Of a stretch of 64,000 bases of DNA, positions 13,283 to 25,977 are shown in pieces. The position numbers and the translations under genes are program-made. Below the pieces are notes generated by a model. The model had not been told where the DNA came from and did not search any database. It saw only the letters and a list, made by a program, of their open reading frames with translations. Numbering within the stretch: position 1 is the stretch's first letter; each line of letters opens with the position of its first letter. This DNA is from Phoronis australis (lineage: Eukaryota > Animalia > Phoronida). Location of the stretch: assembly GCA_002633005.1 (NCBI GenBank), contig NMRA01000933.1, forward strand, positions 17,134-81,133. Direction: 5' to 3'.

Positions 13283-15180
13283 TAACGAAGCATCCCAGTG
13301 CGTATTACCGGTTAAGCTAAGTCGAAAGTGTTGTCGACCGGCGAATGATAACTGTGGCGACTGGCGAAGCCATGCTGAATGTGGCTGACGAACACATATA
13401 TCAATATTTCGCTAAGACACTTTTTCGATTGAGTATACAGCCATTGTCTGTTATTTATGACATTGATTTTCCAAACAAAATGCTGAAGTTCACATAGCAA
13501 TGCTTTATGGGATTGGTTTTTTTGTGCTAATTCGTATCTCTAATCTGCACGTCTGCGAAAACACAAACACCACGCAAGACCTCGAAAGGTGTCGGTACGC
13601 ATTACAGGCGAAGCACGTTTTTACATTATTAGCTTTACTCGCGAAACCCTTATGTCTGCGAAACGCAACCCTAGTCATAACATTTACTCTTCGTCCATTT
13701 AGAACCACCTAGTAGGAGAATAGGTGCTGGGAGCATTAATCGCGAAACCAGGAACCATTTCTTTCGGTTTCGAGTTTAGTAGGCGTATCACGTTTGCACC
13801 AACGTGCTAGAGAGTTAGTTGTTTAGAAGCAGATTTTTACGTTACACTCTATGGGGACCCGACACTATAAGCCAGATTCGATAGTCGCTGTGTAATCCGG
13901 GACGGCCGTATTGCATGACACGTGTCTGGTAGGTCTTAATTTAATAACTTGCACCCGAATGATGCGAAGTGATTAGTTAACTTCCACGTCTGAGTCTGCG
14001 TCAAGTGGAATGAGTATCAAAATAATACACTGGCTGTGCTGCGAAAATGATCATACAAATTTGCAACCTCGTGCAACTGTTTTATGTTATTTTTGTAATT
14101 CATGAATGGCGTTTGGACTGAATGTAGAAAGATCACAGCCCCTAATCCCTAGGGACACAATCATCTCGAATTTTTCCTTTTGCGCGATAGAATTGTACTT
14201 CCTTTGATAGAAAGAATATCTAGCGTATTTACTAGTAGTGGAGGATTTGCATTTTCTGGGAACTGTATCTTGATCAGCTATAGGGCTTCTCGCAACCAGG
14301 AACAATTGATATTAAAGAAAGAAGAGGTTTGTAAGCTTTTAAACGTGTGCACATACATAACGTCTTCTTTTAATTATAAAACCTAAAAGCACGATCCTTG
14401 CTTAATCCTGAGATAGCTTGAAGTAACCCGGAATTTCATAAGTATTAAAATATTTCAAGTTCTCACACGACATTCTCATCCACCAGGCCAGCAATTCTAA
14501 AATGAAAGCCGTCTAACGAATGAGCACACGGCAAAATCAACAAAATGAAAGAAGAAAAGCAACACGAAAATAATTGTATTGCAAAATAGACATTTTTAAT
14601 GCAGGTCACCCAAATTGCTTTGCGGTGAGCAGAAAAAAAACAGACAGAATAGTAAGTTGATGTGTACGTAAACCACAGCACCCAATTGTTGTGACGAAGT
14701 GCGTTGTACGTTCTTGTTGATGTAGTTAATTGTACGCAACAGAAACGTCATCATATTATTCTCCTGTGGAAAGGATAGAAGTATTGATAGGTACTGTCAA
14801 CATGGTCTAGACTTCACCGTTTGTGGAGAGACTTTCGTGCTCTTTTTAGAGTCCAAAATCCTATCAACTCGAACTCTAACTTGAATTTGATATTTTACTG
14901 TTTTACTTAGACGAGATGAATTTCTTTGGACTTGTTAGTTATCGAATATGGACATTTGATTACATTAAAGTTACGATGCAAAAAGGGGTTTTGGAATTAG
15001 AATAACATGCTTAATAGCTTGCTTGCGGCTTGGAGCAAACAAATTAAGCTAGTGGGACATATTCGTTACCAAGGATCGAATTTTTAAAGTAAAGTATTCA
15101 CAGTGGTTCCAGAGAACGCTATGTTTTTGAAATCTTTGATGATCACTGAATTTCATTGTGTCCACGAAAGCAATGTCCAG

Positions 15181-15580
15181 GGCCCGGTCTCTAATCTTTG
15201 TACTCGAAACGAACTCGAAACTATTTTTGGCAATTTCTCTGCTCCTTTTGTGCGAACTTAAGATAATTGGTTATCAGACTGTGCTCGAATACATTATAGT
15301 TTATGCATAGGAGTTTCTAGTTCAAGTTTGCCCTTGAAGACCCTTATGTTCGTGCAACAAACTCGAGTAAAAACTCGAAATTTCGAGTTAAACTCGAACT
15401 TATTGCTTTAATATTGGGTTTACAAACTGTGAACCAAGGGTAATAATTTATCTACGTAAGTTATTGTGTACTCGAGTATAGAATAATAGACACTTATCTT
15501 GAGTTCGCCCAAAAGTAGAGTACAAAATGCCAAACCTAATTTCGAGTTCCATTTCGAGTAAAAAGATTGGAGACCGGGCC
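15181..15580. mobile_element. PIF/Harbinger-type MITE, 400 bp
   Basis: ~40-bp TIR GGCCCGGTCTCTAATCTTTGTACTCGAAA.. / ..TTTCGAGTAAAAAGATTGGAGACCGGGCC; 3-bp TSD CAG on both sides; internal ACTCGA repeats. Confidence 0.88.
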
Positions 15581-15822
15581 CAGATATTTGTAATCACGTT
15601 GCCGAATTTTCTCAAACGCGCATTTTTCCGCTTAATTCCTTATTTAAAAAATTCGGTCCTTGATAACGAAGGTATTATATTACTTAAAAGTTCTGCGAAC
15701 TTTGGTTATTACGCACCCATCTGCTAAATTATAATTCAATCAAAATGGGATTTCGCCACTGTTTAGCCATCAATAAATTCTTAACAAAAACGATTTGGGA
15801 TTTAAAACATTATCACACTTAA

Positions 15823-16292
15823 AGAGGCATGGAATGCAAAAGCTCGTCAAAAACATCTTTTAATAAATTTCTGACGAAAGTACCATCTCGCAACGTCTAG
15901 TACAGAGTAATTCACTTACCCTGCCAGGAAATTTCCAGAAATGTCACAAAATTCACGATTTTTGAAATACCTTCTCCCCACTTATGATAAATTCGCTCAC
16001 AGTATGTTACTTGAAGTTGTTTGAGGTCATAGGTCACATTTTCCATAATGTCTTGCCTTACCAAATGAGGAAACGTGCATGGCCTTGTGGGAGAAAAATC
16101 GACGAAGTGACGAGCAGTTGACAGACGTTTTTTTCTGAAATTGAAACTAAAAGAAAATGTCTTGATATCAACAGAGATTAAATATCTTTAAAAACAAACC
16201 CTAAAAATACCTGGTGAGCAGGTTGAATCCTGTTTCAGTGGCACAGAACCATATTCAATATTGTAATTGAGTCTGTCGCTTTCCAGGCCTCT
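15823..16292. mobile_element. Non-autonomous Kolobok-type element, 470 bp
   Basis: TTAA|AGAGGCATGGAATGC ... GCTTTCCAGGCCTCT|TTAA; 13/15 TIR match and TTAA TSD. Confidence 0.78.
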
Positions 16293-19200
16293 TTAACCGA
16301 TCGTGAATTGCTGCCGAACGAACCCTCAATCTAAGTGACAGGCAATGCAATATTAGGTATGGCCAACCTCTATGAACTAAAATTTTCTTCTTGAGTCGCT
16401 GATCGTTTCGATGTTCTTGTTGGTAAAGGAAATGAAATCCTGTCACTGCAAAGAATATTAAGAGACTTTATGTGTGTAAGTGGCACCTAAATACTGAGAA
16501 CATGCAGTTTCAAGAACAAATCTCGAGTAAATTAAAATTAAAAAAAAGTTTGACTTCCAGGTCACGGATTGGATTTCGAGCCAATAATCTTATTTCAGTA
16601 GTTTTAATGATTTTTGGGTATTGTGTTGTGAAGGAAGTTAGCCTTTGTTACAAAGGACGGTAAGACGCACCCCAAGAGCCATTTTCTTGCTGAGTATGTC
16701 GACAACAAGCCCCCACGAGCTTTACGTTTTTGATAGGAAGTATCAGAAGAAATAGGAACTCATCCCATTTGGAGAGTAGATTCGCAAAAAGAGACCCGGG
16801 TGAAGTCAGTTTCAAATAAAAAAGTTAGTGTTTCGTAGAGTTTTGTTGCTGTGTGCCATGGCTGTGGGTGTTAACTTGACACACCCGACCCGTTTGTAAG
16901 GATTCTTAGTCAGCAGCCTTTTTAGCCCGTTAAGGGTAAATCAGTACAAAAAGAGATGCCCTATTGTCAAAATGAGTACATCTTTTGCAACCCAAGTTTT
17001 AATATGCTTTAATAACCTTTCTGAAGATTTTTGTAGTTGAAAAAAACCTATGTCCCCCATCTGAGCGGCACGTACAGCATAAAACTTTGTATGGAGTAAT
17101 CTGCGTTCCAACGAGAGAGCTTCGTCCGGAAGAAAAACAACATTAGGTTTAATTAAATCCTGTTTCCATAGTTCAGCAAACATTAGGTAAGAAATAATGT
17201 GCCCTGGGCGGTGATTGATCACCAGCGGCCTTATAGCCGTGTGTGGATTCCAATTTGATCTCAAAGAATGCCTGCGGAAATAACCTTTGGAAAAAAGACA
17301 AAGGAACCTACAGCGCAATTTGCTGGCCACATCTCATTGTTGAAAGCGTGCATTTTGTTGATTATCGTATATGTTAGGTGTACTATAACGAACCAAGGTT
17401 CAACGAGGTGTATTTTCAACACTTTTACTTGTGTGAACCCATTAAATTTCTAAAATCACAGTATTAGTAACACACATTTCACGAAAATTGAGTTTTAATT
17501 TTATAAAATAGGTACAAGTTACTGCTAATTTCCGATAAAGAAGCCTCTTGTAAAATTCAAGGTAAACTAATCCAGACCTGACGTCTGCCTTTTTACTACT
17601 GTTTCCGACTATTTGTCTCACACTTATTACTTTATAATATATTTTGTTAAGAAAATGTCCCCGCTCTTCTCACACTCCTTCTGTTGAACTAGCTTGAATA
17701 CTTAAATTCACCACTTGCTCAGTATAAACATAAAATTATCGAAATATTTCAAATTAAAAGTAGCTATAATTTGGTTTCAAAAAACTCATTTACTACTACT
17801 TGCCCCATTTTCTCTTTTCTTTGCTTTAATGGGACCAACAGTGTTCATCAAATATGCCTGTTAAAATATCCGAGGCAACGTATCTTTGTCGATAATGGCG
17901 ATGTACATGAATTCTTAATTTCAACATTTTGCCATTTTCACCAAATTCATTGGAAAATTACACGAAAATATTCAACTTTATACACGGGAACTTTCGACAT
18001 TTGAAAAGAACACCTATGAAGGGAGAAAATAAATTTCCAGGCCAAAGTAGTCACAAAACCTATTTTGAAAGTTCCAGCCACTCGGGGCCTAATATAATTT
18101 AGAAATTGATAACCGGGGGATGCACGGGTTTCATTTTCAATGCACAGGGTGAAAAAAATGTAATGACAAAGATTTTGGGGGAATTTGTTTTAAAATCAGT
18201 CTCTTTTTGTTCCCTAAAATCCGCCCAAGGTAGGTTTTTAGTGAAGGGCACTTCATTGGAAATCCCAGGTAAAATGTTTCAGTTCAAAATAACGTAACAC
18301 TATAACTCATATTGAGCACAGGAACTTACCGACCCAAGATTGCTCAATACCTGCGGGGCTCAAATTGGAATTTTGCATTGCTTTCATGGACTTCCACGCT
18401 TTAAATAAAATTTTTGCGTTACAAATGCATCAACAAGATTAAATGACACTTAAACTCACTTCTTACAAAGTCAACTTAACCTGGTTTTACATAATTCTGT
18501 CCACAAAACACGTCTCACCAACTGCCTTGTAAAGCATGACTTATTAAATCAATGACATGTACAACACCAACAAATGTATGGTTTGATGCTCACTGTTGAT
18601 GCATTTGCTATGAGGATCTAATATTCAAGTTGTGTAAGTATTTCTTCTATCAACTGCCTGCGTGTTATTTATTTTTTTCACCAGCGGTTTTCAGTGGTTT
18701 GTCGCACCAAAACCTAATTTTTAAAGTTTGCATGGCAAAATTGATTTTTTACAAAAATGTGCTAAGTTCTATTTATGCGAAGTTTCACAAAATGCGTTCG
18801 AAACTGTTAACGGTACAATCCTTTCAATCTTGTAACGTTTTTAATACACCAGAGCAAATTTCCGTAGACCCAAGGCACTTGAAGAGAAGTTGGTGAAATC
18901 ACACGCCTCCCTTGTAATGCTTGGCTATTTCTTGCGAAGACTTGCTTGGTCTTCAGTTTTTGTTAGCTTCTTGCGTGTACGGAACGCAGCTTGGACATAC
19001 CGTCAGTTAGGCATGCTACTTCAGTAATATTACTATTGTCTTGGACCATTCCGACCCACCAAAGCAGCGCTCAACTGAATCTAGCTTTTTAAAAAAATAG
19101 AAACCACAGTTTGTGAAAAATCAGATGTCATTTGTGCTTTGCGATATTTTTGGGGAAGCTTCTACCTTTTCACAAAATGTAGTCCAAAGATCCACAATAT

Positions 19201-21224
19201 TCATACACCGCTTATCCCAGAGGGCATTTCCGGAGAAAGGCGTCTGGATGGAACAGACTGGCAGCCATTTGCACGCCCAAGAAAATTAAGGCCTCGCGAC
19301 TCTAACACTAATATGGACTGGGTGCCGTAGAATTAACAGTGTTGTAATTCAATATATAATCTGAATGCTGATTCTCACTAATGCCTGTGAAATTGATTTT
19401 GAACTACCCCTTATATAATGAGTGTCTCTTTTATACACGTGCAATTGGTTTCTGAATGTTTCAAGTGCTGTCGATTAGACGTATTAGTGGTAATAAATGC
19501 ATTCAAATCTAACCAATACATCGGTTATTCTAATCGGACTAAAAGTTTTGATGTAACAGTTGCTAAGAGCTTTTAAATTTTCTTAGTCAAGAAATTTCCT
19601 GTAACCTTATTACTTCGACGAATGACATCTTTACTTTGATAGTCAGTCATGTCATATATTCAAAATATTATCAATAGTCGTAGGCAGATATCTGACTAGC
19701 TATTGAATGACACCAGCATTATACTCTTTTCTACGTTATATTGATTTTTATATCATTTAGACTGTGTATCGTTATTCTTTCAGGATAAAGAGCTTTTGAG
19801 AACCAGATTGGTGAGGACATTAAATTCTGTTCAATGTACCAGATCGTTCTACTGCACGTGTACTGCCGAGGATATAGCTTGTCTTGCCAAAGGCAGGTGT
19901 GACCTCTAAGCAGAGGGCCTAACTAAGAATTTGATTGTCTACAAATGCTCCGTGTGGTACAATAGATCGGAATAGGTCACGTTGCTTTTGCCCAACATTA
20001 GCTAGATATGTGCTTTATTTGGCAACGGTGAAAACAATGCGTTTACAATAATCGTCAAAGATACCTCCAAAAACTCTAAGTGCACGCTTGTGCATTGACG
20101 TTCATGATGGCTAGGCCCTGCAATAGACGCGGACTATTAACATAGTTTATACTCGAACGCAAATACGAAGACGTGCATTGAAACCACGGGGTCGGTGTGT
20201 AAATTTCGTAGCGTGACAGTAGGTGAGGTTGGGGTTTTGTTTTGTCATCATATTGCACAGAGTTGTGCAAATCACCGAAATCAGGATATTTACAAAATAT
20301 ATGTATTTTCTCGTGATTTTTATGACAAATCCAAGGTCTTTGACATAACATTATTCGTTATTAACGTCACATGATATTCTCATTTACACTAATTCTAGGC
20401 TCGTTTTGGTGTTAGTTTTGCTGTTGTCCTGGATAAGGGTGTGATCAACATCGTTAAATTGAAATACGGCGCTCAATAATGTCTCCATTCGGCACAATTT
20501 GGATGCGACAAGTCTAGTGCGATAGTCTGATACCCTGCTTGGACATTTTTAAGCTGTGAAATTTAAAAAATGAAGTTCTCAAGTGTTGACATAATAGTCG
20601 TTTTAAACCTATCAGCGTTACCACGGTAACTGCAGTCATTTTGTCAAGTGAAAAAGGATCTGTTTTATTTACACAGAACACCTCGGAAAACATTGGAAGA
20701 AAAATGACAACGAATAATTCCAAAAACTGCAGTTAAACGATAGCAAAAATATATCACAAATCCTAGTAAACAGTCTACATCAAAAATCACAAATTTGAAA
20801 TACACATTTGAATAGCTTCCTCACACAACTGTTTCCATCCCAGTCCAACCTGTGTCTAGCTAATTCAACAATGATTGGGGAGGGAGGAGGGTGTCTCTCC
20901 TACCAAAGGTTACGCCCCTGCATCAATCTTTTGTTGATGGAGCAATACATCAACCACCAAGATGTAAATGTCGATAATTCCGCAATGAATTCGGCTTTTA
21001 TTATCACTACTAGTCGAAAACAAGTGGAAGAGTTCGCAAAGACGACAAAGCACTATAGATGTGAATGCACGACACTCACAGTTTGATCTGGAAATTCGTA
21101 ACTTTTATCTGACAAAGAGAGCGGTTTACTAGTTGGCGGTTAATGAACACGCCCGTTGATGAACGCCGTGAAAGCCAACAATTTCTACCTTTTCCATAAG
21201 TGCATGACTGATATCGCGGAGAGA

Positions 21225-21490
21225 ATTACTTACACGAAGATAGAAGGTTGTGCTCTTTGGCCAACTACAATCATCAGCTGAGCGCCGTGCTTCCTGTAGA
21301 TTTCGGCCCTTTAAATTCCGAATCTCTCCCCACGGTGGGCCCGCAACAGCTGGTCGACGTAGTTGCGTTGTCAATCCCTTGCTTCATGTTTAGAACTACC
21401 GGACAGGTACTTCCGCATAATCCACGTGCTGCCCTCCACAGCCTTCTTTCCACACACTTTGACCACTTTTCTGGAATGGTTCACACCAGC
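21225..21490 (+). repeat. Copy 1 of a diverged ~260-bp direct repeat (pseudo-exon-like)
   Basis: Collinear with 24600-25030, sharing aattacttacac.aagataga, gcaacagctggtcga, gtacttccgca, tccacgtgctgccctc.acagccttc. Confidence 0.8.
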
Positions 21491-21519
21491 CACCTTCAAG
21501 AACCTCCGTAAAGACGATG

Positions 21520-24500
21520 ACGGAAAACCGCGACATCCCACCTGTAACCTTTTCCTCTGGATTTGTGTTCCTAATCCCTCTGGAAATGTCTTGTCTATTC
21601 GAATTGTCCAGTGCCTCTTGGCAGTAGCTGGTCTCTCGAAATTTATCTTTTGACGTTATTTTGATGGAACTGCTGCACACACAACTGCTTCACGTATAAC
21701 ATCTAGTACTAGATTGTGTCTGAAAGTATACCATTTGCACGTGAGTCCTTTACTACAGCCAGATAACATATGTCACAGACTATCACTTCTATGGCAAAGA
21801 CGGCAAGAAGAATCTGTCCGCAAACCCCATCTCACCAAATTGGCAGGTGATGGCAAGACATCATATGGATGAGGAACTTCAAATGACCTGCACTCATACT
21901 CCATCAGTCGTTTCAACTGATGACCTGCTGTTCCACACCATCCTTCAGCCACCGTCCCTGTTAAGCCTGTTCCACAGCTCACACTAACCGGCGTTCTTTC
22001 TTCATTTGCCGGACTTCTTGCTAACGTAGTTTGCTTTTTTCTGACTCCCTTGCCTCAGAGCAAACATATTCCTTTTGGATCACTCCAATAATCTTTTACC
22101 ATCTCTCACCACTCCAAGTTCTTTTTCACGAGCCATCTCACTTGCAGTCTTCAGTGTTTCACTCACTTTCCGCTTCCCTCCAGTATTTAACTTAGGTGGT
22201 CTGTATTTTATGGTGCTGTCATTCGATTCACACAGCATACTGTACCCGGACCTTTGCAATCTTCTGCTCCTCTACCCTCTACAACAGATGTAATTAGTAG
22301 ACGCAACTCACTTTGCTTGATGTACAGTGCTACTGATGAGAGAATCCTACATAAACCAAGCCAACTCTCACCAGTTTGCTGATCGTAAGCTCAGTTGCCT
22401 CAACTCTAGACAGCGTTATCTTATAGATGTTCATTGGCCATTTAAGCATCGATAGCAAACCAGTGTGTCTACACCACACCTTCAACTTTCCTGGCAAACT
22501 AGATATGTGAATATTTAACAAACCACTTTCTGTCTGTTGCTGTAATTCCATTCCCCGATGACGATCTGTAAGTGGGAAACTACCTTACCTTCCTAAACTC
22601 TATGCTCCCTGTTCACACGCAGTTGGAATTATTATTCCTGCAATGTCAAAGCCAACGTTCACAACAACACTCTTCCTGAGTTAAAAAACCCTGCTCTTCT
22701 TGCTTTTGAAAGTCATTCTCTTCCAACGAGTGAGCTCAGTAAGTCATTGGAGAACTCTTCTTGCAACAGGCGCATTTCCTGTAAGATTGTTAAGTTATCC
22801 ATAAAAGCCCAGAGTTTCACTCCCACCTGGAAATTCCTCTGCTCTTCATCGGTACCTCTAACAATCCTCCCCATTAGCATTACAAATAGCATAGGTGAAA
22901 TGACACATCCCATTGCAATACCTTTTCGCCAGGCTCACATACTTTAATACTTTGCTGTTGTGAAATGCAGCTTGAACTGGTCAAAATACATTATCAAGCA
23001 ACTTTGTAACCTCTGTGGACTATGAAAAAACTCCATTGCCAATCTTAGCATGCTGTGTGGAACAGGTCCATAAGGATTTGCAAGATCTTACCAGATCACA
23101 TGCAGGTCATTCGTATCTCTCTTGGCTTACCTGTTCTTTGACCAGATCATAGCAACATGTCCCAGACACCCAGGAAACCCTGGCATGATGGCCTTCTCAA
23201 TGCTGGTGTCAATGAATCCATCAGTTGAGAGGAACCTTATTAAGCTCTTTGCCAAGACTGTGAAGAAGAGATTGGTCTGAACTGACCTAACTCAACAGAG
23301 TTTCCTCCTTTCGGTATGTAAATACCTCCGCTTTACACCAAGACTCTGGTATATCCACCTTCTCCCACACCTTTACCAAGGCTCCCCACAGACAAGAGAC
23401 CAACTTTGGACAGTTCTTATACACTGCATAGGTTACGCCACTGGGTCCTCCTACCGAGTTACTTCTAGCCTCTCTGATGACCTCCTTCGTCTTCTTTATC
23501 TCATCAAATATAAATGTCGGAGCAGAAGGTTTATTCAGCTCAGCCACTGGTTCTACGACAAAATTCCTCATCTCATTAGAGTAAACCGATTCCAGGTGTT
23601 CTTCCAATCTCTCATGAGACACAGTGAGTGTACCACTAGTCTTCTCTTTGAACTGCTGCTTCATGAAACGGAAAGGATTCTCTGTAAAATCCTTTCTTGC
23701 TTTTGCAGACTGGAGCCGCTTTTCAACAAGACGTTGTGCTCTACCCAGCTTCGCAGTCTGTTTCCTCACATCCTTCAGCAGTACTCTAATTTCTTCAACT
23801 CTATGAACATCCTGCTGCACGGCTGCACGCATTCTCCTCGCCTCCTTCCTTAGTGACAGAATTGTCTTCCTTCCCCTGCTTTGTATTGAAATAACCTGTT
23901 TCCTTTGCTTTTGGTCTTTCTCGCCAAACTTCAAGTCTCCATAATCTCTTATCATACTTGCCAGCACTTTTCTTGCTGCACTGCCTTTAACTGCGCTGAA
24001 AGCGATACTTAAATCCGTATATATTTCCAGCCATGCCTGCTTATCAGATGATTTTGGCTACTTGGTAGCTCTTCTACCTTTACGGACCTCAGGTTCAGGA
24101 TGCTGTTTGACGCTGTTTTTTCTCATGGTCGACACATTCTGACGACTTTCCAGATAAAACCGACATACACTTATTATTGCCTGATGTATCTTTCTTCCTT
24201 TCACCTCCTCCCGTAACCTTTACACCTCGTCTGTTCTACGTAGTCCTTAGTCCCTTCTGAAGATAATGTATCAACTATGTTAGCAAGCCATTGATTTTAG
24301 CATCCAATCTATAACAGGCGACTCAACCTGAAACATAGATGGGCCGGAGGATTACTTATTGAACTGTAGCTGCTAGACTTGAAGCGGGCGCTATCCTAAA
24401 AGGGCTACTAAAAACCATCCCACCGACCTCACACATGCCACAAGCCATCTCTTCACGGCCATCAGAAACTGTTTTGTCACTCGATCATGTGTGGGCGATG

Positions 24501-24590
24501 CTTTTCTTAAAATATTCAGGGCAGGCAGCTCACGCCCCGCGGCCCTATCACTGCCGTCACCGCACTGTTACGGTTGTCTTTGGTAAAGCC
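21520..24590 (-). mobile_element. Decayed non-LTR retrotransposon, Hero clade (single ORF, RT plus CCHC; RLE end truncated or eroded)
   Basis: Minus-strand fragments KIHQ; K*P..D...W; FTENPFRF; LEEHLESVYS; GPSGVTYAVYKNCP.L...LW; IDTSIEK...GFPGCLGH; DLANPYGPVPH; GIAMGCVISPMLF; AFMDNLT (RT D-D motif decayed); LPGKLKVWC; YDVLPSPANLVRWG...CRLC...HMLSGC...YTFRHN; many stops and frameshifts; ends approximate. Confidence 0.88.
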
Positions 24591-24599
24591 CAAATGCAG

Positions 24600-25030
24600 T
24601 AAAATTACTTACACAAAGATAGATGGTTTTGCTCCATGGCCAAGTGCAATGATTAGCTGAGAGCCATGCTACCTGAAGATTTGGGCCCTCTATGCTCATG
24701 ACCTCTCCACACCGTGGGCCTGCAACAGCTGGTCGATGAATATGCGTTGTGGTCGGCTATCAAGTCCTGGCTTGCGTTCAGTAGACGCTAGGACCTACGC
24801 TAGGACCTACGCTAGGACCTAGCTTAAACCTAGTCAAAGTCACGTATTCTCATTTAAAATGCACGGTAATATCTCACGTAATCTCGCGAAGTCTTGCTTT
24901 TTAGCGAGGTCCTAGCGTTACTGAACGGGAGGCTGGTTTCACGTTAAGACCTATCGGACATGTACTTCCGCACATCCACGTGCTGCCCTCTACAGCCTTC
25001 TGTCCATACAACCTGACCACCTTCCTGGAA
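24600..25030 (+). repeat. Copy 2 of the diverged direct repeat, split by a MITE
   Basis: Homology to 21225-21490 resumes after the 24769-24934 insertion. Confidence 0.8.
24769..24934 (+). mobile_element. ~165-bp MITE (GCTAGGACCT family), copy 1
   Basis: Inverted ends CGTTCAGTA(G)ACGCTAGGACCT / AGGTCCTAGCGTTACTGAACG; 12-bp ACGCTAGGACCT x3. Confidence 0.8.
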
Positions 25031-25169
25031 CAAACCTATTCTTTGCCTTCAGAGGCCAAAATTATGAAGGTGAGGTCATTGGTAGGACACCATTATTCTT
25101 ATAATGATTTTTTATAACTTTTTGATAGCAAAAACAAAAATATCAAATTCTGCATCGGTTTAATTGGAT

Positions 25170-25440
25170 GGTTTTCATATATATGAAGTGGTTGAATTCA
25201 TTCCTCACCAACATCGAGCAGTCTCATCCAGAGACAACTGATATGCTCACCAGTGGGGTGATCTCAGTATCAATTAGGTCTACGATTCCTGGACCTCTTT
25301 GCGTCGTCGAAGAAATGATGGGAAAGACCTCTATGGAGTTACAATGGCTTTACAGGGCTGTTTAACGAGACGGTTGGAGTCTGACAACATATTCGAAGTT
25401 CTTTCAAAAACTTGTGGAGATCTGCGGTATGCTAACTATC
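25170..25440 (+). pseudogene. Academ-like transposase fragment
   Basis: KWLNSFLTNIEQSHPETTDMLTSGVISV..RSTIPGPLCVVEE...; GFTGLF; RWSLTT..KFFQKLVEICGM, resembling the HPG...RS..PG....VD...E.T segment of Academ-type transposases. Confidence 0.5.
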
Positions 25441-25819
25441 CTGATTGTCCTCATAATAGTACTCTCGTGCAGTAAACTTTCATTACTGTTTAACCATTCA
25501 ACAACTGCGACAGAGTTCCCGACAAGAACCGTTTCTTTGGTCTTTCTGCGGGTGCAGCATCATTCCGCTATATACAGAGGGATATAATAGGACCAGGCAT
25601 GGTTGGTAAGGTAGCCAAAAAGAAATTATAAAGGGGCTGCTCGTGACGAAAAAGCTTGTTTCTATAATACAGTGAACAAATTAAAGCTTCATACCATGGA
25701 GACATATACCAGAAAGATTTTCTTGACATCTATACAAGAAAATGTAAACATTTCGGTAGACTAATTTGAGACCATGAAAATTGTTTCCTTTTTCATATTG
25801 GATATAATGATGATGTGTA

Positions 25820-25977
25820 AGCCTGTCTCCCGTTCAGCAACGCTAGGACCTCGTTAGAAAGCAAGACTTCGCGAGATTACGTGAGATATTGCCGTGCATT
25901 TCAAATGAAAACACGTGACATTGACTAGGTTTTAGCTAGGTCCTAGCGTAGGTCCTAGCCTCTACTGAACGCACGCC
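25820..25977 (-). mobile_element. GCTAGGACCT-family MITE, copy 2 (inverted)
   Basis: Reverse-complement match to 24769-24934 (gcaagacttcgcgagattacgtgagatatt). Confidence 0.8.

Noticed and set aside
16931-19413. Single TIR element between TAAGGG and CCCCTTA
   Set aside because: Ends match for only a few bases and the flanking triplets differ
19784-19908. Possible Cys-rich exon after ttctttcag
   Set aside because: Short, no family recognised, no partner exons
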